64,000 nucleotides of DNA, taken from assembly GCA_030695725.1 (NCBI GenBank), contig JAUYPN010000014.1, positions 2,084-66,083 on the forward strand. The letters are read 5' to 3'. Below the pieces are notes generated by a model. That model was given only the letters and a program-made list of their open reading frames with translations, did not search any database and was not told the origin of the DNA. This document shows, in pieces, positions 34,638 through 43,923 of this stretch. How positions within the stretch are numbered: the first letter of the stretch is position 1; each line of letters begins with the position of its first letter. The position numbers and the translations under genes are program-made. The stretch is from Candidatus Omnitrophota bacterium. Its GTDB lineage: Bacteria > Omnitrophota > Gorgyraeia > 2-01-FULL-45-10.

Positions 34638-34727
34638 AAACGGGCTAATTTGGACAGCAATGTTGCCCAATCCAAATTTATGTCCGCTGAGGCAACGCCC
34701 CGCAAGGTTCCGGCCTGCCTGTGTTTG

Positions 34728-34946
34728 CTACAGAATTTCGAATATTTTGCTCTTGGACTTTTCTCCGCTGATCAGGATGACGCGGGATTTGGGGATACTG
34801 AAATGGTCCGCCAGCGCTTCGCGGACGGCGTAGTTCGCTTTTCCTTCTTGAGGCTTCTCTTTGACCCATACCGAGAAGCTGGTGTCGGATAATCTCTCTA
34901 TTCGCGTCTCTTTCCGCCCGGCTTTCACAGAAACCTTTATTTTCAT
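34728..34946 (-). CDS. DUF167 (YggU) family protein
   Basis: MKIKVSVKAGRKETRIE...VWVKEKPQEGKANYAVREALADHFSIPKSRVILISGEKSKSK, with the EGKAN motif and the typical length. Confidence 0.8.
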   Translation of the reverse strand: MKIKVSVKAGRKETRIERLSDTSFSVWVKEKPQEGKANYAVREALADHFSIPKSRVILISGEKSKSKIFEIL

Positions 34947-34996
34947 ACCAGTTATTCTACTCTTTTCATTGGATAAATCAATTAGTTTGGAATATA

Positions 34997-36886
34997 ATGA
35001 ACTTCGATATGATATATGACCGTTTTCAGAAAGAGGCGATCGATCACATAAATAACGGCCACTCTGTTATCGTCTCCGCCCCCACCGGCGCCGGCAAGAC
35101 GGCCATCGCCGAGCACGTCATCAGCAAGTGCCTCGACGAGAAGATAGGCGTGATATATACGGCGCCTTTAAAAGCGCTCTCGAACCAGAAGTTCCGGGAC
35201 TTTCAGGTGAACTTTAAGGATGACATAGGTATCCTCACCGGCGACGTCTCACTGAACGCCAACGCCCCCGTCCTGATAATGACCACCGAGATATTCCGCA
35301 ACAAGATCCTCGACGACCCGGAGAGCCTCGCGCAGTATCAATGGATAATATTCGACGAGATACACTATATAGATAACCCTGAGCGCGGGACCGTCTGGGA
35401 GGAGTCTCTGATATTCCTGCCCAAACACATGAAGATACTCGGCCTATCCGCTACAATACCTAATATAAGGCAGTTTGCGTCCTGGATAGAGTCCATCCAT
35501 AAGAAGGATGTTAAGGTCGTCATCGAGGAGACCAGGCCCGTACCTCTACACTTCTTTTACCAGTGCCATAATCAGGTGGTCGATAAGATAGAGCTTCTCA
35601 GGAAGATGCGCGTGAAGAGGCCGAACGTCTTAAGCACGATCATACACTACATAAAAGACAGGAACAATCTACCGTGCATATATTTCGTTTTCGGCAGACG
35701 GCGCGCCGAAGAACTTGCCTTCGAGCTATTCAGTTACAACTTTCTTACCAAGGAAGATCAGATAAAAATAATGGATATGTATGACTCCCTGTGTGAACAC
35801 TACGATCTATTGCGCGAAAAGACTGCAAACTCTCTGAGGCAGCTGATAACAAGGGGCATAGCTTATCATCATGCCGGAATGCTCCCCACGCTTAAAGAGG
35901 TGGTCGAGAGACTCTTTACGAGCAGGCTATTGAAAGTCATTTTCACCACGGAGACATTCGCTCTCGGCATAAACATGCCGAGCCGTTCCGTAGTATTCGA
36001 TGATTTGAGGAAGTTCTACGGCAGCTTCATCAGAAATCTTAAGACGCGGGATTTTTACCAGATGGCCGGACGGGCCGGGAGACGCGGCATAGATACCGAA
36101 GGGTTCGTCTACTGCCGCGTAAATCCCAGACGGATCGAATTCAACGAAGTGCGCCGCATCATTTACGGAAAACCGGAAGAGGTCAGGAGCCAGCTCAATA
36201 CATCATATGCCACCATACTGAATCTCTATGAAAAGCACAAGGATAACCTGTACAACATGTATCCTCTTTCTCTGCACTATTACCAGAGTAAACCTCATCA
36301 TCAGCGTGAAGCGCTGCGCCTCATGGAATCGAAGCTGAAGCTATTGAAAGAGCTTGGCCACATAGAGAACGGCATCCTCACGTCGAAGGGAAAGTTCGCC
36401 AAGGCCGTCTACGGCTACGAACTTTTGTTGGGTGAGTTTTTTCAGGAAAATATATTCGAACAGCTCGATGAGCTCGGCATAGGCATGCTGGCGGCCGGAG
36501 TTGTGTTTGAGCCAAGAAAAAATCAAAGCGGGGTCGTAGTTCCTAAAGAAGGCGTGCAATTGGAAAAGATGTGCCGCGCCATTCACGAGAATATCCGGCG
36601 CAAAGAGATAAAGTATAATATCTATCCCTTTTCCAAAGCTCCGCATTTTCATATGGCAAAGGCTATAGATATGTGGATGCGTGGAGAGGAGTTCTCCAAG
36701 ATCCTGCGTTTCACCGACACGGATGAGGGAGAAGTGGTGCGGTATTTCCGCATGTCGATACAGATACTTCGTGAGATGGCGGAGTCTGAGGCATCCTCAT
36801 ATCTCTTAAAGGACAGGATCAGGAATACCATACGTCTGATAAACCGCGATGTCGTGGACGCGGAAAAACAGCTGCGCGAAGGGTAG
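34997..36886 (+). CDS. Ski2-like superfamily 2 DExH helicase
   Basis: SAPTGAGKT (motif I), FDEIHY (motif II), LSATIPN (III), HHAGM, QMAGRAGRRG (VI). The true start may be ATG 35009. Confidence 0.85.
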   Translation: MNFDMIYDRFQKEAIDHINNGHSVIVSAPTGAGKTAIAEHVISKCLDEKIGVIYTAPLKALSNQKFRDFQVNFKDDIGILTGDVSLNANAPVLIMTTEIFRNKILDDPESLAQYQWIIFDEIHYIDNPERGTVWEESLIFLPKHMKILGLSATIPNIRQFASWIESIHKKDVKVVIEETRPVPLHFFYQCHNQVVDKIELLRKMRVKRPNVLSTIIHYIKDRNNLPCIYFVFGRRRAEELAFELFSYNFLTKEDQIKIMDMYDSLCEHYDLLREKTANSLRQLITRGIAYHHAGMLPTLKEVVERLFTSRLLKVIFTTETFALGINMPSRSVVFDDLRKFYGSFIRNLKTRDFYQMAGRAGRRGIDTEGFVYCRVNPRRIEFNEVRRIIYGKPEEVRSQLNTSYATILNLYEKHKDNLYNMYPLSLHYYQSKPHHQREALRLMESKLKLLKELGHIENGILTSKGKFAKAVYGYELLLGEFFQENIFEQLDELGIGMLAAGVVFEPRKNQSGVVVPKEGVQLEKMCRAIHENIRRKEIKYNIYPFSKAPHFHMAKAIDMWMRGEEFSKILRFTDTDEGEVVRYFRMSIQILREMAESEASSYLLKDRIRNTIRLINRDVVDAEKQLREG

Positions 36887-36897
36887 AAAAAGACTTC

Positions 36898-36943
36898 GTC
36901 ATTGCGAGGACTGCGAGCGAAGCGAAGCAGGACGAAGCAATCT
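36898..36943. repeat. Family C repeat
   Basis: GTCATTGCGAGGACTGCGAGCGAAGCGAAGCAGGACGAAGCAATCT. Confidence 0.75.
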
Positions 36944-37018
36944 TAAAACTTATATGTTGCGGTTTTACATTCTTTGGAGTAGAATATACCCGCTGATTAA
37001 AACAAGAGGAGAATCGCC

Positions 37019-37960
37019 ATGAAGAGATTCATATCCGTCATCTTAATATGTCTGTTTGTAACAGTTTCGATCGGCTATTGCTATGCTGCGGAACTCGAAG
37101 GAAAACATAAGGCCGAGATGGAAGAGCTGCAGAAAAAATTCCATTGGTGGCCGACGGATGCCAAGCCTAATCCGGTGAAGGATGAGCGAGGCGGCTACTG
37201 GTGGTGGCCTAAAGAAAAAGGCGCGACGAGCGGGCTCTGGGGCAACAGAGGATATATCTACGTATACAAGATCATCTACGACTACAAAGAAGGCCTGCCG
37301 GAGCCGAAGAAAGATGAGCTCAGAGCGTCGCTCTTAGTCAAGAAGATACATAAGAACGTAAAGGTATATTTTGATTTCGATAAATCCGACATCCGCGAGG
37401 ACGCCGTTGCCGTGCTCGAACAGGGAGTGGCGTTATTGGAAAAGAATCCCGAAACCGACATACTGATCACGGGAAATTGCGATATACGCGGTTCCGAAAA
37501 GTACAATGAGAAGCTCGGACTTCGCCGCGGAGATAGCGTAAAGAAATTTATAGTGGACAGAGGCATACCTGAGAGCCGCATAAAGATCGTAAGCCGCGGT
37601 AAGCTCGATGCCATCGCGTATGTTAAAGATCTTTTAGGCATGGCCAAGGACAGGAACGCGCAGTTTATGGTAGCCGAGGTAGAGGAGATCAATATACCTT
37701 ACGCCGGCGATATTCCCGAGGGCGCTACGGCGGTTGAAGAGGGCAAATATGTCGAAGAGAAGCAGGAGACCGTCGAGTCCGAGACCAAAGTTTCTACAAA
37801 AGAATATGTCATAAGACAGAATGATTCTCTGTGGAAGATAGCCGAGAGCCAGATGGGTAGCGGCCACCGTTGGAAATATTTATATGAATTAAACAAGGAT
37901 AGAATAAAGAACCCGAAGAAACTAAAAGCAGGCACGAAGATAATCATACCTGTGGAGTAA
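37019..37960 (+). CDS. OmpA-family protein with C-terminal LysM domain
   Basis: Signal peptide. VYFDFDKSDIRED...ITGNCDIRGSEKYNEKLGLRRG (OmpA_C-like). YVIRQNDSLWKIAE...LKAGTKIIIP (LysM). Confidence 0.85.
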   Translation: MKRFISVILICLFVTVSIGYCYAAELEGKHKAEMEELQKKFHWWPTDAKPNPVKDERGGYWWWPKEKGATSGLWGNRGYIYVYKIIYDYKEGLPEPKKDELRASLLVKKIHKNVKVYFDFDKSDIREDAVAVLEQGVALLEKNPETDILITGNCDIRGSEKYNEKLGLRRGDSVKKFIVDRGIPESRIKIVSRGKLDAIAYVKDLLGMAKDRNAQFMVAEVEEINIPYAGDIPEGATAVEEGKYVEEKQETVESETKVSTKEYVIRQNDSLWKIAESQMGSGHRWKYLYELNKDRIKNPKKLKAGTKIIIPVE

Positions 37961-37965
37961 AGTAT

Positions 37966-38454
37966 ATGATCGAGGTAGATGCGGCGTCTATAAAGCTCTC
38001 GAGCCTTTTAAAAGAAAATGTTATAGAGCTTGAGCTCGAGGGCAAAGATAAATCGGAAATAATCGACGAATTAGTAGACATAATAGTAGCATCCGGCAAA
38101 GCAAGGAACAAAAAAGCTCTTGTCACTGCGATCATGGGACGCGAAAACCTGGGGTCCACGGCCATAGGTAACGGCGTTGCCGTGCCTCACGCCAAGATCG
38201 ATAATATAAAGCAGACCGTGCTGGCATTCGGCAGGTCGGCCGCCGGTGTGGATTTTAACTCACTTGACGGCGAAAAGACACATCTCTTCTTCATGCTCAT
38301 CTCTCCGAAAGAGGATATAGGCGCCCACTTAAAGATCCTCGCGAAGATCTCCCATCTCATCAAAGACCGCTTCATGGTAGGCCTATTCAAGAAAGCGAAG
38401 AGTAAAAAAGAAGCCCTCTCCATAATCACCACCCTCGAAAAATCCCAAAGCTAG
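37966..38454 (+). CDS. ptsN: PTS EIIA (nitrogen-regulatory, PtsN-like)
   Basis: RENLGSTAIGNGVAVPHAK with the phosphorylatable His, and LFFMLISP. Confidence 0.85.
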   Translation: MIEVDAASIKLSSLLKENVIELELEGKDKSEIIDELVDIIVASGKARNKKALVTAIMGRENLGSTAIGNGVAVPHAKIDNIKQTVLAFGRSAAGVDFNSLDGEKTHLFFMLISPKEDIGAHLKILAKISHLIKDRFMVGLFKKAKSKKEALSIITTLEKSQS

Positions 38455-38465
38455 CTAAAGCATTA

Positions 38466-38486
38466 ATCCCACCGACGCGGTGGGAT
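38466..38486 (+). terminator. 9-bp hairpin after ptsN (no U-tract)
   Basis: ATCCCACCG acg CGGTGGGAT, 12 nt after the stop. Confidence 0.35.
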
Positions 38487-38595
38487 CGTTGTTAGCATAT
38501 AAAAAAGCAAGCTTCCATTCATGTTAATCATGTGGTATACTATATGGTGTAGAAGGAAGAGGTGTATTTTTTTTAACCACTTTGTAAATAATTTT

Positions 38596-38645
38596 AAAAA
38601 CCCTTTGACTGGTTCAGGGTTTTTATCCTGAGCTTTTGTCGAAGG
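38596..38645. repeat. Family A repeat (degenerate left arm, exact 19-mer right arm) with a terminator-like hairpin
   Basis: AAAAACCCT ttgactggttc AGGGTTTTT, then CCTGAGCTTTTGTCGAAGG (38627-38645). The 19-mer recurs at 54834 and, reverse-complemented, at 50055. Confidence 0.8.
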
Positions 38646-38681
38646 ATATAAAGTGATGTAGTTTAAAAAAAAGAGAAGGAT

Positions 38682-41600
38682 GTGTTAGATATGTTTGACG
38701 CTAGATCTAATACGCCAATTTCTGTGTTTGCATGGTCGCAAAATGTAAGGCGAATCAGGCTTACGTTGCGGCCATTTTTTATTTCATTACTCGCCTTAGT
38801 ATTCTTATTAAACTCAATAGGAGGTGACATGTTGATAGGTGAAGTTTGGGCTGCCAGATCGTCTTCAGGGCTTACTAGCGTCGGCCTTGACAGCGCGGGC
38901 AGCCCATCACCTCTTAAAGATTTGAGCGCGTCCACTTTTACGCTTCCGCGCGAACTGGGGACTATCCAGGAATCGAACGAGGTCCCGGGATCCGATAAGA
39001 CCGTGATACATATCCAGGACGCCCACTGTAACTACGCCGCGCAGACGGCCATCTCCGGAATATTGGATTATGTCACAACGGAATATGGCGTATCGGCTGT
39101 GAATTGCGAAGGCGGAGCCGAAAGTTATGACCTGTCGCCCTTTACCGACATACCCGAAAAGGGTATACGGAAAAAGACCGCCGACTTTTTCGTGAGGGAG
39201 GGCGTTGTGAGCGCGGCGGAATATTACGCCGTTAATAATCCCGAGAAGGTGAAACTGTGGGGGGTGGAGGACGCGGACCTTTACATAAAAGATCTTAAGA
39301 TATACAGGGATTCGCTCTCCCACAAAGATGAGATCGACAGATATCTGAAATCGATCGGTTACATGCTCGACAATTTAAAAAGGCACATATATCCGGAAGA
39401 TCTCTCGGAATTGGACAGTTACTATACAAGATATAAAGACGACAAAATAGGCTTTAAAGAGTACATCACCTATCTTCTCATGGCAGCCGGCAAGCGGCTC
39501 ATAGATGTAAAATCATATTCGAATATCTATCTTTTAAGTCAAACGCTCGATCAGGAGGATAAGATAAATTTTAAGAAGGCGAATAACGAAAAGGACGAGG
39601 TCGTCGATAAGCTTAAAAAGGTCCTTTCCAAAAACGAGCTCAAGGAGCTGATAACGAAGGTGGGAGAGCTGAAAATAGAGAGGATATCTCAAGCCGATTT
39701 CTACGCATATTTAGTAAAAAAAACCAAATCGATAAAACTGGACCTGAACGGTTATTCGGAACTGCAGAAATACATAATATACATTTCACTATACAGCGCC
39801 ATCGACAGGACGAAGATAATGCAGGAGATGGAATCGCTCGAGGATAAGATAAAAGATACTTTGTATGAGAACGATACGCAAAGGGAGCTCGGGATCCTCT
39901 CCAAGAACCTGGCGATCGAGAAGAACTTCTTCAACATCTCGCTGACCCGCGAAGATTATACATACTATAAAGAGCGCGCCTCTTCATTCGCCGTCTCAAA
40001 TTACGTAAAATTTATAGATGCCAGGGCGCCGCTTTATAAGATACGTTCCACGCTCGATAGCAATATAGGTATGTTGGATGTATACCGCGAGAAGATGGAG
40101 GGATTTTACGAATGTTCGCTCGAAAGGGACAAGGCTTTCATAAAGAATATCAAATTCACCGACCACGGCAGGCCGAGCTCCATCATAATAACCGGAGGTT
40201 TCCATACCCAGAACCTGCGCGAGCTATTCAATAAAGAGAAGGTCTCCTACGTATCGATAATGCCCAAGTTCACGAACCCTCCCGGCTACAAGAGCCCGTA
40301 CATGAAACGTCTTGCCGGCCAGAGGACAGCCCTCGAGAACGTCATCGACACTGCCATCCCTGCGGTTTTGAATTTACAGGTAGTCGAGATACTGTCAAGG
40401 CTCGGTCCTATGGTAGAGGGTAAGTTTAACATGGCACAGTTTAAGCTTGCTGTCATGATAGTTGCGGCATTGATGGAGGGGAAGGAGTTTGTAGTAAAAA
40501 TCTCCGTGAAAGGTTCGCCGAAAGACGAAGGGCAGGAAGAGGATAAAGTAGTTATATTCTCTAGAGGCGAAGGGGCGGATGCTGTTACGTCAGTGATGAA
40601 ATCGGGTGCTGAAGCTACCCCATATCTGGCAAATGTTGGCGCGATAATAACAGATTTTAGCTCCACATCCTTCGCGTTCTCTCTTCCATCGCAGGCCGGC
40701 GCAGTAAAAGTGGCTCTGACCTCGCCAACCGGTGGTGTAACTTCACACGCACAAACAGGTACGCGCGCCTCAGCGCCTGTCCGCCGAAGCCCATCCGGAC
40801 AAGACACGTTCACCGGCGAAGGCGGAAGCGCAGCGGCGGAGTTTAGAGATTGGGTGAGCAATATGCCGCAAGAGCTCATGGTATCCAAAATAAATTTTAT
40901 AAAGCATTTAGATAAACTCGTCTCCGGCCTGAGCGATCCTTATGGCCATATGCGCTCAGGAAGCGCCTTGGCGATCAAATCCCTCATAGATTCAGGGCTG
41001 ATCTCAAGGGAAGATATAGACGTAAAACCGCTTTTAGATAAACTCGTCTCCGGCCTGAGCGATTCGGATGGCTATATGCGTTTACAAAGCGCCTCCGCGA
41101 TCAAATCCCTCATAGATTCAGGGCTGATCTCAAGGGAAGATATAGCAAGGATCTATTATAAAGATTTTAACAAAGGATTCCAGAGAATATACGATGAGCC
41201 GTTGGAGCCAAGATTCTTCTATTACTATATGCGGCTTCTTAGCCTATTAAACAAAAAGACAGATGCGGCATATCGTATAATAGACTACCTTGATGACGGC
41301 CTGCTTGAGTTATCAAGATTTTCTTCGGAAGATTCTATATCTGAATTCTTCTTTGATAAACTGTCGGGCCTTATAAGGGATAATATTTCTCCTGACAGGG
41401 CCGCGGCCATATTGACAGAAGCTATCTTGGATTATCTTACCGATCGTATTGATGGTTCAGGCGAGGAAAACCACGCCGCTTTTAGCTCTGCGCTAGGAAG
41501 GCTCATCGTTATGTCAAGAAAGACCGGATTTACAGTAGCTCCGGATAAGATCAGGGATGCCATAAGGTTGTTTAACATAGGCTTTATGGATGGAGGCAAC

Positions 41601-43799
41601 AGCCCCACGAATGCCTCTCTTATAGCGGAAGAAATGGTGCTGAGTTCCCCCGCGCTTAATCTTAATAACCCTCCCTTAGCGCCTCCGGAGTTTAAGCCAA
41701 CTAAGGTATCCGCCTTAAAAGAAGCGGCATTTCCGGATATAAACGAATTGATCAAGAAATGCGAATTCTACGCCATTATGGGCAGGACCGTTATATACGA
41801 GAAGAAAGGCGGCGGGTTTATAGCGCTGAAGTTACTGAAGCATCAGGAGATACTCCTGCCGAACGGCGCAATCCACAGAGAAGACGAAGATCCCGGCAAG
41901 CTTATTTTAGAAAGCGAATTCTTCGATTACATGAATGCCTTAAAAGACTCCGGCGCGAACATAAGAGGATATTACCCCTTATCGTGCCCTATAAGCGGAC
42001 AAAGGGTTGTAAGGATAAATAAAGACGCCCTGGGCGCGGCGCTGAAGGGTTATATACACGAAATATCAAAACAGTCCTCAAAGCCAGACCAGAAGTTTGA
42101 AGCGTCATTGCAGGACAACCGTTACGTTGTGATGGCATACACAATAGATGATCCCGGCTATATAACATATCTACACCAGGCATCGGACGAGGCCATAGAT
42201 GAGGCATCCTTGAGAAACATCCACGACCTATTTACTCTGGCAGGATACGGCACCATACATCCGGACATCATAGAGCTGTTCCATAATCTCATACAGATCG
42301 GCAGGGGAGACAGGGGAAGATATCTGCTTATGGTTGATATTATACGTCCCATGAGGACAAGGACCGGCGCGGGCAGGCTGCATGCGTGGGAGAACGCGGT
42401 TCAATATCCTAATTACCGCCTTTCATCACCGGGCGATTTCGCGGAGATGTGCGGCTTAGATACATTGGTTAGTTTAGAAAGTCCAAATTCAATCTATATG
42501 CGCGATAACCTTCAAAGATTCCATGAAAATGACAGGCGTAAATTTCTCTCGGTCCATTTTATGAGTAATTATCTCCTTGGATGGGTACTTGATGAAGGTA
42601 AGCGTTGTAAGAGGCTTGGTGAACTAAAATGGAACGATAAACCATCAATGGAAAAACTCGCGGACCGTATAAGAAGGGTGTATCAGGAAGCGTATTTCGC
42701 GTACACCGGAAAAGAAGACGCGGATATCAAAGATCTCGTAGACTGGCGGATGTTCGCAAGGCAGATGGCTTTTTTCATGACAGACGCGTATGTTAAACCT
42801 TTAACAAACCGCAGCATACCGGAAGGCATATTCCCTAAAGATACTGGAATAGCCTATCCCTATAACATAACCTCATCCCGCGGATGGACAAAAGATGGTT
42901 GGAAGTCTGACGGGGAAAACTCCGATCTCGGTCCCGTGAACGGCCCGATCCCTCTGCAGGAGATGGTGAAGGCGAATTATCTCTACACCGCTTTTATGAT
43001 GCTTGACGGACCCGCGCCTTCCCGCCGCGCTTCAGCGAGCGGAGCGGCGGAAGAAAAAATAGTATCGCAATCTCCCAATTACGGAGATGCGAACCTGAGC
43101 ATGCAGGCTATTAATGGATCTCTGAGGCGCGGTGCATGGATGCTCGATATTGCTCCGGCTTTGTCGGAAGATGGAATGCAACCCTATCCGGACAGCAGAA
43201 GATATGATGAACAGATGCTTGATAAGACAGGTCACAATATTCGTACTGAGAGATATCTGGCGAAAGGTAAATGGATAGAGGAATTAAAAGAAAAGGTAGC
43301 GAGGCATATGGATGAGTTCATTAAAGAGGTTGCGCTGGCGTCATCTGCAAGAATGGTAATACGCCTTACGACCGATGATAAGGGTACGGAAAAAACCGAT
43401 ATTGAAAATCTGATTAAAGAATATCTTAAGAAAACATATACGGAAGATAAGGCGGATCAAATATTTAATAAGCATGTTAAGTTTGTACCTGTGAGCTTCG
43501 CAGGGGTGACCAATACCAATGCGCCTATCGATCTATATGTAGATATTGGTATGATGGAGATAGATCGTTACTTAAATGACGACTACCCGGGAGAAATCCT
43601 GCCAGCGGAGCTTAAGGATAATTTTGTCACGCTGCTAAGATTATCTATAACAAACTTCGATGCCTTTAAGACGGATGATGTAAAAAGTATATTGGATAAG
43701 ATATTCAAAATGGTTGTTACTTTAGAGATCAGGCCTATAAATTGGAGTACGGTGGACCAGTGGAGGAAAGCTAATCAGGCATTGTTGCAATCCGTTTAA
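38682..43799 (+). CDS. 1705-aa membrane-anchored protein of unknown function (Tiki/ChaN/TraB-like region, HEAT-like repeats, possible atypical kinase-like region)
   Basis: Uninterrupted ORF with AGAGAAGGA 6 nt before the GTG. TM segment FFISLLALVFLLNSIGG. VIHIQDAHCNYAAQ...NCEGG and IIITGGFH. Two 42-aa repeats LDKLVSGLSD..G.MR..SA.AIKSLIDSGLISREDI. IHPDIIELFHN...LLMVDII. Confidence 0.8.
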   Translation: MLDMFDARSNTPISVFAWSQNVRRIRLTLRPFFISLLALVFLLNSIGGDMLIGEVWAARSSSGLTSVGLDSAGSPSPLKDLSASTFTLPRELGTIQESNEVPGSDKTVIHIQDAHCNYAAQTAISGILDYVTTEYGVSAVNCEGGAESYDLSPFTDIPEKGIRKKTADFFVREGVVSAAEYYAVNNPEKVKLWGVEDADLYIKDLKIYRDSLSHKDEIDRYLKSIGYMLDNLKRHIYPEDLSELDSYYTRYKDDKIGFKEYITYLLMAAGKRLIDVKSYSNIYLLSQTLDQEDKINFKKANNEKDEVVDKLKKVLSKNELKELITKVGELKIERISQADFYAYLVKKTKSIKLDLNGYSELQKYIIYISLYSAIDRTKIMQEMESLEDKIKDTLYENDTQRELGILSKNLAIEKNFFNISLTREDYTYYKERASSFAVSNYVKFIDARAPLYKIRSTLDSNIGMLDVYREKMEGFYECSLERDKAFIKNIKFTDHGRPSSIIITGGFHTQNLRELFNKEKVSYVSIMPKFTNPPGYKSPYMKRLAGQRTALENVIDTAIPAVLNLQVVEILSRLGPMVEGKFNMAQFKLAVMIVAALMEGKEFVVKISVKGSPKDEGQEEDKVVIFSRGEGADAVTSVMKSGAEATPYLANVGAIITDFSSTSFAFSLPSQAGAVKVALTSPTGGVTSHAQTGTRASAPVRRSPSGQDTFTGEGGSAAAEFRDWVSNMPQELMVSKINFIKHLDKLVSGLSDPYGHMRSGSALAIKSLIDSGLISREDIDVKPLLDKLVSGLSDSDGYMRLQSASAIKSLIDSGLISREDIARIYYKDFNKGFQRIYDEPLEPRFFYYYMRLLSLLNKKTDAAYRIIDYLDDGLLELSRFSSEDSISEFFFDKLSGLIRDNISPDRAAAILTEAILDYLTDRIDGSGEENHAAFSSALGRLIVMSRKTGFTVAPDKIRDAIRLFNIGFMDGGNSPTNASLIAEEMVLSSPALNLNNPPLAPPEFKPTKVSALKEAAFPDINELIKKCEFYAIMGRTVIYEKKGGGFIALKLLKHQEILLPNGAIHREDEDPGKLILESEFFDYMNALKDSGANIRGYYPLSCPISGQRVVRINKDALGAALKGYIHEISKQSSKPDQKFEASLQDNRYVVMAYTIDDPGYITYLHQASDEAIDEASLRNIHDLFTLAGYGTIHPDIIELFHNLIQIGRGDRGRYLLMVDIIRPMRTRTGAGRLHAWENAVQYPNYRLSSPGDFAEMCGLDTLVSLESPNSIYMRDNLQRFHENDRRKFLSVHFMSNYLLGWVLDEGKRCKRLGELKWNDKPSMEKLADRIRRVYQEAYFAYTGKEDADIKDLVDWRMFARQMAFFMTDAYVKPLTNRSIPEGIFPKDTGIAYPYNITSSRGWTKDGWKSDGENSDLGPVNGPIPLQEMVKANYLYTAFMMLDGPAPSRRASASGAAEEKIVSQSPNYGDANLSMQAINGSLRRGAWMLDIAPALSEDGMQPYPDSRRYDEQMLDKTGHNIRTERYLAKGKWIEELKEKVARHMDEFIKEVALASSARMVIRLTTDDKGTEKTDIENLIKEYLKKTYTEDKADQIFNKHVKFVPVSFAGVTNTNAPIDLYVDIGMMEIDRYLNDDYPGEILPAELKDNFVTLLRLSITNFDAFKTDDVKSILDKIFKMVVTLEIRPINWSTVDQWRKANQALLQSV
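40907..41158 (+). repeat. Tandem duplication, 2 x 126 bp, inside the giant ORF
   Basis: Copies start at about 40907 and 41033. The flanks of each unit are identical (tttagataaactcgtctccggcctgagcgat..., ...gcgatcaaatccctcatagattcagggctgatctcaagggaagatatag), with substitutions confined to a ~35-nt centre. Confidence 0.9.
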
Positions 43800-43923
43800 C
43801 CTTCCATACTAATCCCACCGCCGCGACGGGAGCACATCTATGGTGGAAAAATATCAGGAAAGAGTAGAACCCGCCTATTACTTAATTCCAAAATGGTGAT
43901 AAGATCGGTATCAGTTCAACCGT

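Noticed and set aside
34124-34892. Track ORFs in the gene-free gap (34124-34489 -, 34252-34482 +, 34492-34833 +, 34650-34892 +), and similar ones at 43940-44137 (-), 53138-53446 (-) and 31534-31773 (-).
   Set aside because: They are translations of palindromic repeat families (VMPAKAGIH..., FTPAKAGAGMT, RHCEEP...EAISKSEIASPSLRSGSQ, SFPRKRES-like). They overlap each other on both strands and are not coding.
40907-41158. The 126-bp tandem copies as a template/variable repeat pair of a diversity-generating retroelement.
   Set aside because: Differences between the copies include C-to-T, T-to-G, G-to-C and others rather than adenine-specific changes. Both copies are in frame in the same ORF, and no reverse transcriptase gene is present in the window.
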